64,000 nt of DNA from assembly GCA_963703315.1 (NCBI GenBank), contig OY969811.1, positions 1,600,001 through 1,664,000 on the forward strand, given 5' to 3'. The position numbers and the translations under genes are program-made. The stretch is from an uncultured cyanobacterium (GTDB taxonomy: Bacteria > Cyanobacteriota > Cyanobacteriia > Pseudanabaenales > Pseudanabaenaceae). Positions within the stretch are counted from its first letter, which is position 1; each line of letters starts with the position of its first letter. Below are positions 1 through 9,601 of this stretch, piece after piece. A model generated the notes under the pieces. That model was given only the letters and a program-made list of their open reading frames with translations, was not told where the DNA came from and ran no database searches.

Positions 1-471
1 GACAGGGTGATGGCGATCCATATAAGAAGAAATTTGCCATCCTTGCTGTTTGCAGATGGCGATCATCCCTGCGTGTTTACCAGAACAATTGTGCTGAAGT
101 GGACTTTTTTGACACTCTGGTACTGGACATTGCAAGGCACTTGGCTCAACGTCACACCGCCAGAGAATGCTAAAAACTTGTCTTGCTTGGGCGATCGTGC
201 CTTGGTGCGAACCGCAGATAATGGCGAGGTCAGTTTCTGAAAGGTTAAATCGCTGCTGTGCGCCAGATATCGAGATGGGTAACGCTTGAATTGGTTTGAG
301 ACAAGAACGGGCAAAAGTAGTTGTTTGCGGATCTCCTGCGGCAGAGAGAATCCTTCCCCGCGTATCAACGACCGCCGCTTGGCAAGAGTGGATAGACTCG
401 ACTATTCCCTCACGTAGTAATTGCACGGTAATTTTGTTAGCGGAAAAACGATTGCGCTTGCCAAGGTTCAT
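1..471 (-). CDS. Asparaginase II family protein (5' part; runs off the window start)
   Basis: Not in the ORF track. Manual minus-strand translation from ATG at 471 gives MNLGKRNRFSANKITVQLLREGIVESIH...ARSCLKPIQ...CGSHQG...QHNCSGKHAGM. RSxxKP, SH and NCSGKH are the class-3 (Rhizobium AnsA-type) asparaginase motifs. Confidence 0.85.
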   Translation of the reverse strand, partial: MNLGKRNRFSANKITVQLLREGIVESIHSCQAAVVDTRGRILSAAGDPQTTTFARSCLKPIQALPISISGAQQRFNLSETDLAIICGSHQGTIAQARQVFSILWRCDVEPSALQCPVPECQKSPLQHNCSGKHAGMIAICKQQGWQISSYMDRHHPV

Positions 472-561
472 AAGTTACTGCTTTAGGATCGCCATCATAA
501 TCCTACGGTAAGGTTAAGATATGTGTGAAGATATGTAACAATTATAGATATAAGTACATAT

Positions 562-1464
562 ATGGTTTTAGCAAGTACAGAAGCGATCGCTGGACAATAT
601 TGGCTTTGGCGCGATCAAAAAATTTATTTTGTCAAAGCGGGGAATAATTCTCAACGCCCCCCATTACTTTTAGTGCATGGTTTTGGTGCATCTACCGATC
701 ATTGGCGCAAGAATATTGCGGAACTCAGCCAAGAGTTTGAAGTATATGCGATCGATTTGTTAGGCTTTGGGCGATCGCAAAAACCCGCATGGCAATATAG
801 CGGCGATCTGTGGCGCAATCAACTCCATGATTTTATTAGCGAAAAAATTCAACGCCCGACCATAATCGCTGGCAACTCCCTCGGTGGTTACGCCTCGTTA
901 TGCGTTGCGGCTGAGCATCCTCAATCAGTGGCAGGGATTATCCTGCTCAATAGTGCAGGTCCCTTCACCGATACTAATCCTCTTGGCGCAAAAAAGGTAA
1001 ATCCCATCCAAAAAGCAATTAGTAAGACTCTTCAAGGAGTTTTGCGTCAACCTGGGGCAAACCAATTACTGTTTGCCTTTGTGCGTCAAAAATCACGCAT
1101 TCGTAGTACTTTGAAAAAAGTATATCTAGATCAATCTGCTGTCACTGAGCAATTAGTTGAAGATATTTATCGTCCTTCTTGCGATGAAGGGGCTGCCCAA
1201 GTTTTTGCATCAGTTTTTAGCACCCCTCAAGGCAAAAAAGTAGATGAATTACTAGGAGCGATGACCTGTCCCTTATTAGTAATTTGGGGTGAAGGTGATC
1301 CGTGGATGAATGCCCGTGCGAGGGGCGCGAAATTTCGAGAGTTCTATGCTTCTCTCACCGAACATTACATTCAATCTGGGCATTGTCCTCACGATGAAAG
1401 CCCAGAGGCGGTCAATGCACTAATCAGATCTTGGTACGCATCAACCTTCCTAGTGAATAATTAG
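562..1464 (+). CDS. Alpha/beta-fold hydrolase
   Basis: HGFGAS oxyanion motif, GNSLGG nucleophile elbow, C-terminal GHCPHDE. Confidence 0.9.
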   Translation: MVLASTEAIAGQYWLWRDQKIYFVKAGNNSQRPPLLLVHGFGASTDHWRKNIAELSQEFEVYAIDLLGFGRSQKPAWQYSGDLWRNQLHDFISEKIQRPTIIAGNSLGGYASLCVAAEHPQSVAGIILLNSAGPFTDTNPLGAKKVNPIQKAISKTLQGVLRQPGANQLLFAFVRQKSRIRSTLKKVYLDQSAVTEQLVEDIYRPSCDEGAAQVFASVFSTPQGKKVDELLGAMTCPLLVIWGEGDPWMNARARGAKFREFYASLTEHYIQSGHCPHDESPEAVNALIRSWYASTFLVNN

Positions 1465-1495
1465 AGTTGTGCGGCAAAGCCGCACAACTCTAATT
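1459..1495. repeat. Perfect palindrome with GC-AAA-GC apex (REP-like, possible terminator)
   Basis: AATTAGAGTTGTGCGGC-AAA-GCCGCACAACTCTAATT. Confidence 0.8.
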
Positions 1496-1516
1496 ATTTG
1501 ATTTATTAAGAAATAA

Positions 1517-1873
1517 ATGGCAACTTGGCAATGTATTAGTGGATGTGGGGCTTGTTGTAATCTCGATCCGAGCGATCGCCCTGATCTTGCAGATTACCTC
1601 ACCCCCGCAGAATTACAGCAGTATTTGAGCATGGTTGGTGTTGATGGTTGGTGTATTAACTTCGATCGCCTAAATCGCCAATGTTTAATTTACGAACAAC
1701 GTCCTCGCTTCTGTCGCGTAGAGACAGAGACTTTTTACGATATGTTTGGCATTGAGCCAGAAGAACTAGATGAATTTGCGATCGCCTGTTGTGAAGAACA
1801 CATCGAATCTATTTATGGCGAGAAATCATTGGAAATATTACGTTTTGAGCAAGCAATCACGAAAAAACTTTAG
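1517..1873 (+). CDS. YkgJ family CxxCxxCC cysteine-cluster protein
   Basis: CISGCGACC ... WCINFD ... [12 protein letters not shown]. Confidence 0.85.
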   Translation: MATWQCISGCGACCNLDPSDRPDLADYLTPAELQQYLSMVGVDGWCINFDRLNRQCLIYEQRPRFCRVETETFYDMFGIEPEELDEFAIACCEEHIESIYGEKSLEILRFEQAITKKL

Positions 1874-2855
1874 TTTTTAGAGGCTTGATATAAACCTCTT
1901 TTTTAGGATGTAAACCTAGACGATCAAAGCGATCTCGCTCTAGTTTGACAATCAATCTTTGATCGTCTTTGAGAACTAGTTCTGCTTGACCTTCCCAACC
2001 AAGGTTATAGGCATAGCTGACAGTCGCAGGAGCAAAACTGGTAGCGGGTTCTGATTGAATGACTAAATCATGGGGACGCAAGAATACTTGATGATGGTCT
2101 TCAATTTCGAGATGGGGGAAGTGGCGACGCGCACTCGAAATGATATTGGTTTCACCGATAAAGCGCATCACAAATTCGGAAGCAGGATGATCGTAGATTT
2201 CCGCAGGTGTGCCAATCTGCTCGACTTTACCATGATTCATAATCACCACGCGATCGGCAACTTCCATTGCTTCTTCTTGGTCGTGAGTCACAAAAATTGT
2301 CGTTACATGAACTTGATCATGAAGGTCACGGAGCCATGTGCGTAATTCTTTGCGAACCTTGGCATCTAAAGCACCAAATGGTTCATCTAGTAATAGAGTT
2401 TTCGGTTGAGCAGCTAGCGATCGCGCTAGGGCAACTCTCTGACGCTGACCACCTGAGAGTTGCGAAGGATAGCGATCGCCTAAGCCTCTAAGTTGAATCA
2501 GTTCTAGCAGTTCTTCAACTTTTTCTTTTACTTTCGATTTAGAAATTTTGCGAATGTTTAAACCAAAGGCAATATTTTGGCGAATGGTCAAATGCTTAAA
2601 CAAGGCATAGTGCTGAAATACAAAGCCAATTTGACGTTCTTGCACCGATCTAAAGGTGGCATCTTCATTCTCGATCCAGACCTGACCGCGATCGGGCGTT
2701 TCCAAACCTGCCATGATGCGTAATAGTGTCGATTTACCTGAACCAGAAGGACCTAGCAGTGCCACAAGAGAGTCGCTTTCCACTTCTAGACTAACGTGAT
2801 CAACTGCCTGAAAATCGCCAAATCTCTTAGAAATATCTTGAACCAGAATGCTCAT
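1857..2855 (-). CDS. cysA: Sulfate/thiosulfate ABC transporter ATP-binding protein
   Basis: [54 protein letters not shown]-terminal TOBE-like region. Confidence 0.9.
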   Translation of the reverse strand: MSILVQDISKRFGDFQAVDHVSLEVESDSLVALLGPSGSGKSTLLRIMAGLETPDRGQVWIENEDATFRSVQERQIGFVFQHYALFKHLTIRQNIAFGLNIRKISKSKVKEKVEELLELIQLRGLGDRYPSQLSGGQRQRVALARSLAAQPKTLLLDEPFGALDAKVRKELRTWLRDLHDQVHVTTIFVTHDQEEAMEVADRVVIMNHGKVEQIGTPAEIYDHPASEFVMRFIGETNIISSARRHFPHLEIEDHHQVFLRPHDLVIQSEPATSFAPATVSYAYNLGWEGQAELVLKDDQRLIVKLERDRFDRLGLHPKKEVYIKPLKTKVFS

Positions 2856-2920
2856 TGTGCCTCACAGCATCAAAAATAAGTGACTTAAAATAGTCTTAAC
2901 ATTAAAAGTACTATATGTCT

Positions 2921-2947
2921 ATGTAATTACCGTAGATTATACGGTAA
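2921..2947. promoter_or_regulatory. Putative operator plus -10 box upstream of cysA
   Basis: Minus strand reads TATAAT-C-TACGGTAATTACAT. The same 14-mer occurs at 5955-5968. Palindrome TTACCGTA-N5-TACGGTAA at 2927-2947. Confidence 0.55.
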
Positions 2948-2963
2948 ACTACAGTTAATTAAC

Positions 2964-3893
2964 TTGATGAACCCACCAATGCAAGTACCTGAGATCAAAG
3001 CTGTGAATGATTTGCGATCGCCTCATGACCAAATAAATAGCCAAATTAGCAACCAAATAAATCGCAAAAGCGATCGCCAAAATGCTGACTTTGCCATGTT
3101 TCAGCTTGTAATGGCATTGATCTTATGCACCGCTTTTGTCTGTTGCTTTTTTGTGGTGGTGAATGCAGGGGAACGCGGCGTATTGATGCAATTTGGTAAA
3201 GTCCAGTTGCAAATTCTGGATGAGGGTATTCATCCGATTATCCCGATCGCCCAAACCGTGAAAAAGATGAGTGTACGGGTGCAGAAACAAGAAATTTCGG
3301 CTGAAGCTTCATCTAAGGATTTGCAAGAAGTATTTACGGATGTGGCGCTAAATTGGCACATTATTCCTGCACAAGCGAATGTAATTTTTCAAGAAATTGG
3401 CGATCAAGTGGCAATCATTGATCGGATTATTGATCCTGCGGTGGAAGAGGTTTTAAAAGCAGTGATGGCGGAATATACTGCCGAAGAAATCATTACTAAA
3501 CGTGGCAATGTCAAAAATGAGGTGGATACGCTGTTAACTTCGCGATTATCGGGCTATCACATTGCAGTTGATGATATTTCTCTAGTTCATGTGCATTTTT
3601 CGCAACGTTTTAGTGATGCGGTGGAAGCGAAACAAATCGCCGAGCAGGATGCGAAACGTGCCGATTTTATTGCCCTCAAAGCGATTAAAGAAGCAGAGGC
3701 GAAAGTCAATCTAGCGCGGGGTGAAGGTGAAGCTCAAAGAATTTTGCGAGAAACTTTATCTCCTGAGTTATTACAAAAACAGGCGATCGATAAGTGGAAT
3801 GGCAATTTGCCTTTAGTCGTTGGTGAAGGCAATAGAAGAGTATTAGATGTCAATCGTTTGATTGAGAGCAATATCCCTAAAGGTTTACCCTAA
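2964..3893 (+). CDS. Prohibitin/SPFH (band 7) family protein
   Basis: TM segment, then GERGVLMQFGKV, ASSKDLQ and AVEAKQIAEQ coiled coil. Start uncertain. Confidence 0.85.
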   Translation: MMNPPMQVPEIKAVNDLRSPHDQINSQISNQINRKSDRQNADFAMFQLVMALILCTAFVCCFFVVVNAGERGVLMQFGKVQLQILDEGIHPIIPIAQTVKKMSVRVQKQEISAEASSKDLQEVFTDVALNWHIIPAQANVIFQEIGDQVAIIDRIIDPAVEEVLKAVMAEYTAEEIITKRGNVKNEVDTLLTSRLSGYHIAVDDISLVHVHFSQRFSDAVEAKQIAEQDAKRADFIALKAIKEAEAKVNLARGEGEAQRILRETLSPELLQKQAIDKWNGNLPLVVGEGNRRVLDVNRLIESNIPKGLP

Positions 3894-4445
3894 ATCAACA
3901 CCTTCATAAATTGCGGCAATGGGAATCTCGATATTAATACTTTGGAATTCAATGGTTTCGCCTGTCGTATAGGTTTGTAATAGCCAGAATTTGCGATCGC
4001 GACGGCGAAATACTTCTACTCGTTGTTCCCATTGACTAACTAATACATATTCTTGTAAAGACTCAATAGTTTGATAATGGGCGAATTTCACACCACGATC
4101 TTTTGCTTCTGTCGATTCCGACAGCACCTCAATAATCAGGCATGGATAGTTTTTATGCTTTTTATTCAGGCGATCGCGTTCATCACAGGTCACTAGCAAA
4201 TCGGGATAGTAATAAATATTTTTTGTAGTTATCTCAACCTTCATATCTGAAGAAAAAGATCTACATTGACTACCTCGCAATTTAGGCACAAGAATCGTAG
4301 TGAAATTATCAGTGATCACAATATGACTTTCACTAGCTCCAGCCATTGCATAAATTAGTTCATTAACATACTCATGCTTTTCTTCTTGCTGTTCTTCCCA
4401 TTGCAAATATTCATCAGCAGAAAAATAGTTGGCGATCGCAATCAT
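3885..4445 (-). CDS. Uma2 family endonuclease
   Basis: YYPDLLVTCD, IIEVLSESTEAKDRGVKF, LQEYVLV. Confidence 0.9.
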   Translation of the reverse strand: MIAIANYFSADEYLQWEEQQEEKHEYVNELIYAMAGASESHIVITDNFTTILVPKLRGSQCRSFSSDMKVEITTKNIYYYPDLLVTCDERDRLNKKHKNYPCLIIEVLSESTEAKDRGVKFAHYQTIESLQEYVLVSQWEQRVEVFRRRDRKFWLLQTYTTGETIEFQSINIEIPIAAIYEGVDLG

Positions 4446-4564
4446 CGTTTTTCTCTGGTAACAGATAAGAATATTTTCTCATAAGGGTTCTGCAAAAGAA
4501 CCAGATTTTTTGTGGCATGGCTTTGCCATGCCACAAAAAATCTAAAAATCAAACTGTAATATTT

Positions 4565-4668
4565 TAAGTAGCTCAGCATAGTTAAAACTCAAAACCAGAG
4601 CTTGCGCCGCCTGCTACGCAGGCGGCACAAGCTTCTAGGTTTTAAGTTTACTTATGCCTAGCTACTTA
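4565..4668. repeat. MITE-like palindromic repeat, copy 1 (TAAGTAGCT...AGCTACTTA ends)
   Basis: Terminal inverted repeats and a central GC hairpin; near-identical copy at 5743-5848. Confidence 0.8.
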
Positions 4669-4764
4669 GGGGCAGTTCGGGATGATAGAATAAAAACTAC
4701 TGTATCTACACAGTAATATAGTAGATTAAGGCTGTCTAAGCTTTGTTCATTCCCCAAAAACACC

Positions 4765-5742
4765 ATGACCATGATCCGCAAAAACTCTAGAGCAAAGTCG
4801 CTCAGATTTAGGTTTAAACCTCTCGCCTTTATTGCCGCCGCCGTTATGTCTATTGTGGCGATCGCATTTTTCTCATTTTCTCCTCTCGCTGCTCAAAATT
4901 CAGCCACTAAAATCACCTTTGTTCCACCTAGTTGGGTCAGTGCCAATGCCAGCGATCCCAACCTCCGCATTTTAGATGTCAGATGGAATCCTCTCGACTA
5001 TTTCAAAGAACACTTGCCTAATGCCGTCAACTTTGCTGATAACTTAGTGCGAGTTCCTAAAGATGGCTTGCCAGTTCAACTACTTGATTCTGATAAGTTG
5101 GCAGATCTGCTAGCAAAAGCTGGTGTGACTGACAAAAGCAAAGTGCTAGTTTACTCCGAAGGCAATAATGTACTTGGTTCCAGTCAGATTGCCTATGCTC
5201 TAGAACGGATTGGCTTTAAAGGAGAAGTATCGATCCTTGATGGGGGCTTCAATGGTTATAAAGATGATAAGGCTCCCATTACCAAAGCTTTCCCAAAATA
5301 TAAGACAGGTAAGCTGAGTGTCAAAGATGACAAAAATATTCGTGTCACTCTATCTCAAGTAAAGGACTTAATTGGGAAGCCAAATGTAAGGTTTATTGAT
5401 CCTCGTCCTGCTAATGCCTTTGCTGGTGAAGTCGATCTCTTTGTTCGCAATGGTCACATTCCTGGTGCGCGGAATATCCCGTGGCCGACCTTTACCGATC
5501 TCCAAAATCCTCACAAACTCAAGCCTTTAAGCGAAATCGAAAAGATTCTTGCTGATAAGAAAATCAATAAATCACAGGACATTATTATTACTTGCACCAC
5601 AGGAAGAGAAGCTTCGTTGCAATATGTTGTCTTGAAGCATCTGCTGGGCTATCCCAAAGTAAGAGTATATGAAGGTTCTTGGACAGAATATAGTCAATCT
5701 GATTTGCCTGTAGAAACTGGTGCAGAACGTCCATTGACATAG
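4765..5742 (+). CDS. Exported tandem-domain rhodanese/sulfurtransferase (RhdA-like)
   Basis: Signal-peptide-like N-terminus, two rhodanese domains, GHIPGARNI, active-site loop CTTGREAS, VYEGSWTEYS. Confidence 0.88.
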   Translation: MTMIRKNSRAKSLRFRFKPLAFIAAAVMSIVAIAFFSFSPLAAQNSATKITFVPPSWVSANASDPNLRILDVRWNPLDYFKEHLPNAVNFADNLVRVPKDGLPVQLLDSDKLADLLAKAGVTDKSKVLVYSEGNNVLGSSQIAYALERIGFKGEVSILDGGFNGYKDDKAPITKAFPKYKTGKLSVKDDKNIRVTLSQVKDLIGKPNVRFIDPRPANAFAGEVDLFVRNGHIPGARNIPWPTFTDLQNPHKLKPLSEIEKILADKKINKSQDIIITCTTGREASLQYVVLKHLLGYPKVRVYEGSWTEYSQSDLPVETGAERPLT

Positions 5743-5848
5743 TAAGTAGCTCTCAGCATAGTTAAAACCCAAAACCAGAGCTTGTGCCGCCCGCGTAGCG
5801 GGCGGCACAAGCTTCTAGGTTTTAAGTTTACTTATGCCTAGCTACTTA
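5743..5848. repeat. MITE-like palindromic repeat, copy 2
   Basis: Direct repeat of 4565-4668. Confidence 0.8.
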
Positions 5849-5947
5849 TTTAGCATCTGCCGTTAATCCTAAAAACAGAAAAAGAGTCAGCCATTTGGTT
5901 GACTCTTATTTTTATTTGCAGTATTTGCTGCAAATATACAAAGCTAG

Positions 5948-5980
5948 TATAAAATACGGTAATTACATGATAATACCGTA
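5948..5980 (+). promoter_or_regulatory. Putative -10 box plus operator upstream of the hypothetical-TauE operon
   Basis: TATAAA-A-TACGGTAATTACAT, same 14-mer and spacing as upstream of cysA; inverted half-site TACCGTA at 5974-5980. Confidence 0.55.
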
Positions 5981-5985
5981 GATTT

Positions 5986-6453
5986 ATGCCAGCTTTAAAA
6001 AATCTTGAAACAACTACCGAGCCAAGTTTAGCGATCGCCCCATTATCAGATCTAAATCCTGTAAAACCTCTTTCTAAGAGCATTTCCCAAAAAATTAAGG
6101 GTGGAATTTTCCTAGCAGTGGGATATTTGCTGTCGCCTCTGTGCTGGTGGAATGACTTGATTATTAATTTGCCGATCGCCTATGGATTTGGCTATGTGAT
6201 TAGTCTTTGGCATTCAGAGTGGTTTTTCCCTGCGGCGATCGCGGGTTATTGGCTGTCAAATCTGGTTGGTATCGTGTTAATGCAGATAGGGGCAAAGGAT
6301 GTCCTGCAAAATACGGTAAAGAAGCGTAGTTTCAAGCAAGAAATTTTTTCGGGTGTCCTGACTTCGACGGCTTACACAGTTGCGATCGTGGCGCTAGTTT
6401 ATTTTCATGTCCTCGACCTGAGCGCGATTTTACCGATTGAGGTTCAACTATGA
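5986..6453 (+). CDS. Hypothetical membrane protein
   Basis: Several hydrophobic segments (LSPLCWWNDL motif); ATGA overlap with the next gene. Confidence 0.75.
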   Translation: MPALKNLETTTEPSLAIAPLSDLNPVKPLSKSISQKIKGGIFLAVGYLLSPLCWWNDLIINLPIAYGFGYVISLWHSEWFFPAAIAGYWLSNLVGIVLMQIGAKDVLQNTVKKRSFKQEIFSGVLTSTAYTVAIVALVYFHVLDLSAILPIEVQL

Positions 6454-7244
6454 ATTATTTTTTGCTCACAGGCTTTAGTTTTGTCGTCGGTACAGTCGTG
6501 GGTTTGACAGGAATTGGTGGTGCTTCTCTGATTACACCAATGTTGATTTTTGTGTTTAATGTCCCTGCGGCGATCGCGGTTGGTTCGGATATTGTTGCCG
6601 CCACGATGATGAAGGCTGTCGCCAGTGTCAGCCATTGGCGACAGGGAACTCTGGATTTTAAGGTAGTGAAATGGCTAGCCTTTGGCAGTGTTCCAGGGGC
6701 ATTGTTAGGAGTAATCATTCTCCATTTAATTCAGTCCTATGGATGGAGCTTGGATTCATTTTTGTTGCCTTCCATCGGCACAATGATTTTATTTGTGACG
6801 ATCGCAGGTTTATTCCAATTAGGACTATCTACTTTTGCGCCTAATCTATCTCTCCCCACATTTCCCACCTTTGATCTAGAAACCACCAATGGCAAAATTA
6901 AGACTGTGGCGATCGGCTTTGTTTTGGGCTGTATGGTGGGCTTAACTAGCGTTTCCTCTGGTTCTCTATTTGCGCTAGTGTTGATGACTTTCTTTAAGCT
7001 AGATTCGCGAAAATTGGTAGGAACTGACATCACCCAAGCCGCAATCTTACTAGGCTTCACATCCTTAGGTCATCTCAGTCTCGGTACTGTCGATTGGCAT
7101 ATTGTCATTCCCATTTGGATTGGTTCTGTCCCCGGAGTTCTCTTAGGCTCCAAGCTTTGTCAATTAGCACCACAAAAGGCTTTGCGCTATCTGATCTTTG
7201 TAATTTTACTCACCGTTAGCTGGAAATTAATCCATTCTGCTTAG
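6450..7244 (+). CDS. Sulfite exporter TauE/SafE family protein
   Basis: VGLTGIGGASLITPML, AVGSD, VGLTSVSSGS, LVGTD; about 8 TM helices. Confidence 0.9.
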   Translation: MNYFLLTGFSFVVGTVVGLTGIGGASLITPMLIFVFNVPAAIAVGSDIVAATMMKAVASVSHWRQGTLDFKVVKWLAFGSVPGALLGVIILHLIQSYGWSLDSFLLPSIGTMILFVTIAGLFQLGLSTFAPNLSLPTFPTFDLETTNGKIKTVAIGFVLGCMVGLTSVSSGSLFALVLMTFFKLDSRKLVGTDITQAAILLGFTSLGHLSLGTVDWHIVIPIWIGSVPGVLLGSKLCQLAPQKALRYLIFVILLTVSWKLIHSA

Positions 7245-7370
7245 AATTATCTTAGTTATGGCTTACGCAAATTTTGTGTAAGTCCTACTAGTGATATTTT
7301 AGGCGGCTAGTGTTAGTTTCTTGAGCAAGGTGAATGCTAAGCTATAGGTGATGCTCGTTGCGATAAGCCC

Positions 7371-8594
7371 ATGTTTACTGAAGTTCAAATCGAGAACTAC
7401 AAGTCAATCCAAAGTCTCAAGATAGGTTTGGGTCGGGTTAATGTGTTTATTGGTGAAAATGGTTGTGGTAAGAGCAATATTTTAGAGGCGATCGCTTTAG
7501 CTGGTGCGGCAGCAGGGAATAAGTTAGACAACGAATTTTTAGCTCCTAGAGGGATTAGAGTTACTGAACCAGAATTTATGCGATCGGCTTTTGATAAAGA
7601 GAATGTTACAAAAGCAATCAAGATAAATCTAAATATCAGCAATGATATTCCACTAAATGTTGAAATACAGAATGATAACCAAACTTATTCCAGTTGGCGT
7701 GTTGTCAATCAAAAATCGGTGAATCTCTTTCTACAATCACCTAAATCCGAAAGTTTTTTAATTGATATTAGTCCAGAATTTGAAAATAATATTAAACAAA
7801 TAGCTGAAGATACAATCAAAGCTCAATTAAAAGAGATGAACATAGATATTTCTAATAGACAAGAAATAATTGATTCATTCAAAAATAGTTTCAAAAATGT
7901 GGCTTTAAACTTTTTAAATATTGTAAGTCAAGAGAATTTAAAGCTAAGAGATTTTTTAATATTTACACCTGAATACTCCTCGCTGCGAACTTTTGAACAA
8001 GAAGGACAAATTCAACCACTAGGAAATAGTGGAGAAGGATTACTCAAGCTTTTACAAGTTTTAAATGATAATCCAGATAAAATCAATGAGATTAAGCAGA
8101 GACTTGAGCTTATTGATTGGTTTGATGATTTTAAAATACCTAATTCTGATTTGGAAAGGGTAATTAAAATTAAAGATAGATATTTAGATAAAGAATTACC
8201 TTATTTCAATCAGAGAAGCTCTAATGAAGGATTTTTGTTTTTGATGTTTTACTTTGCTTTGTTTGTCAGTGACGATACACCTAAATTCTTTGCAATTGAC
8301 AACATTGAAAATGCACTAAATCCTAAACTATGTACAAGACTAATCCAAGAATTAGTAGAACTTGCAAAAAAATATGATAAACAAGTTATATTCACAACTC
8401 ATAATCCTGCTATCTTAGATGGTCTAGATCTAAACGATGATGAGCAACGTCTTTTTGCAATTTATCGAAATATGGACGGTCATACCCAAGCTAAGCGTAT
8501 AGCTCCACTGGAACCTTTAGATGATGGTGAAATTGTGCCTTTGTCAGAGGCTTTTATAAATGGTTATATTGGCGGACTACCGAAAAATTTTTAA
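7371..8594 (+). CDS. AAA_15/AAA_21-type ABC ATPase (defence-associated)
   Basis: IENYKSI, Walker A GENGCGKSN, SSNEG signature, Walker B-like FFAIDNIENALNP, H-loop FTTHNP. Confidence 0.85.
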   Translation: MFTEVQIENYKSIQSLKIGLGRVNVFIGENGCGKSNILEAIALAGAAAGNKLDNEFLAPRGIRVTEPEFMRSAFDKENVTKAIKINLNISNDIPLNVEIQNDNQTYSSWRVVNQKSVNLFLQSPKSESFLIDISPEFENNIKQIAEDTIKAQLKEMNIDISNRQEIIDSFKNSFKNVALNFLNIVSQENLKLRDFLIFTPEYSSLRTFEQEGQIQPLGNSGEGLLKLLQVLNDNPDKINEIKQRLELIDWFDDFKIPNSDLERVIKIKDRYLDKELPYFNQRSSNEGFLFLMFYFALFVSDDTPKFFAIDNIENALNPKLCTRLIQELVELAKKYDKQVIFTTHNPAILDGLDLNDDEQRLFAIYRNMDGHTQAKRIAPLEPLDDGEIVPLSEAFINGYIGGLPKNF

Positions 8595-8595
8595 T

Positions 8596-9222
8596 ATGTA
8601 TACATTTGGCGCAATTGTAGAAGGGATAACTGATTATCCTATTATTAATAGTATTTTGATGGGATATTTTAATGACAGTAAAATTGATATTAACCTGATT
8701 AGTCCTATAAACTTTCAAGTGTCATCCAATTACGACAAAGTATTTAAAAGCTGTAAACCAGAAAAATTAAAACGAGCTTTTCTAGCAAACAAATATATTA
8801 TTATTCATGTCGATACTGATGTATCCGAAAGTTTTGGCGTTTCACATTACGAAGATAATCAACCACTTTCTCCGCAACAATTGATTGATAAAACAGTAGA
8901 TAAATTTAAACAAAAAATGGGGGAAGAATTTTATAATCAGTATGGACATCGAATTATTTTTGCGATCGCTGTGCATTCAATAGAATGTTGGTTATTTCCG
9001 CTATTGGCTTCTGATGACCAAAGTTCACAAACTGAGAATTGTTATAAAGTCTTAGAGAAAACAGTTCCAAGTTTCAGAAAAGACTATGGATATTATCAAG
9101 AAATCACCGAGAGATACCGCAATCACGATGCTTTATTAAAGCTCTATCCTAAAAATCCTAGCTTAAAGTTTTTTATTGAGCAACTTGCCAGCAAAAATAT
9201 TGAAATTTCTGAAGAATCGTGA
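8596..9222 (+). CDS. TOPRIM-like partner of the ATPase (RloB/DUF4276-like)
   Basis: IVEGITD, IHVDTD (DxD), SIECW; ATG 1 nt after the ATPase stop. Confidence 0.65.
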   Translation: MYTFGAIVEGITDYPIINSILMGYFNDSKIDINLISPINFQVSSNYDKVFKSCKPEKLKRAFLANKYIIIHVDTDVSESFGVSHYEDNQPLSPQQLIDKTVDKFKQKMGEEFYNQYGHRIIFAIAVHSIECWLFPLLASDDQSSQTENCYKVLEKTVPSFRKDYGYYQEITERYRNHDALLKLYPKNPSLKFFIEQLASKNIEISEES

Positions 9223-9235
9223 TTTAGAAATATAA

Positions 9236-9535
9236 TTATCCTTTCAACTCATTAGCCATAGAGCTAACTTGAGAAAACAAAGAAGAAGCTGCTTGCACTA
9301 ATTGCCCAAATCCTGTTATAACCAATTGCCCAAAATCAGTTAGGCTTTGCCAAATATCTACCCCAACATAAACCTTTAAGTAAATTGCCACCAATACCAG
9401 TGAAATAGCCGCGATCGCAAATTTACCGACTAACTTCGCTAGTAGTTCCAAAATTGCTGAGGTTGCCCAGATAGCGGCTCCAAGTGCGATCACACCAAGA
9501 ATTAAGCTAAGAGTTTGATTTGTTTCCATATACAA
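9236..9535 (-). CDS. Hypothetical membrane protein
   Basis: Two hydrophobic helices; fits an intergenic gap. Confidence 0.55.
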   Translation of the reverse strand: MYMETNQTLSLILGVIALGAAIWATSAILELLAKLVGKFAIAAISLVLVAIYLKVYVGVDIWQSLTDFGQLVITGFGQLVQAASSLFSQVSSMANELKG

Positions 9536-9601
9536 GATTCTCCAATTTAGGTAAGTATAGCGTTTTTGAATTTATCGTAGACATCAGCAAAAGTGCTATG
9601 C

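Noticed and set aside
7..511. Short ORFs 7-240, 63-368 and 296-511 from the track
   Set aside because: They are shadows of the minus-strand asparaginase frame starting at 471.
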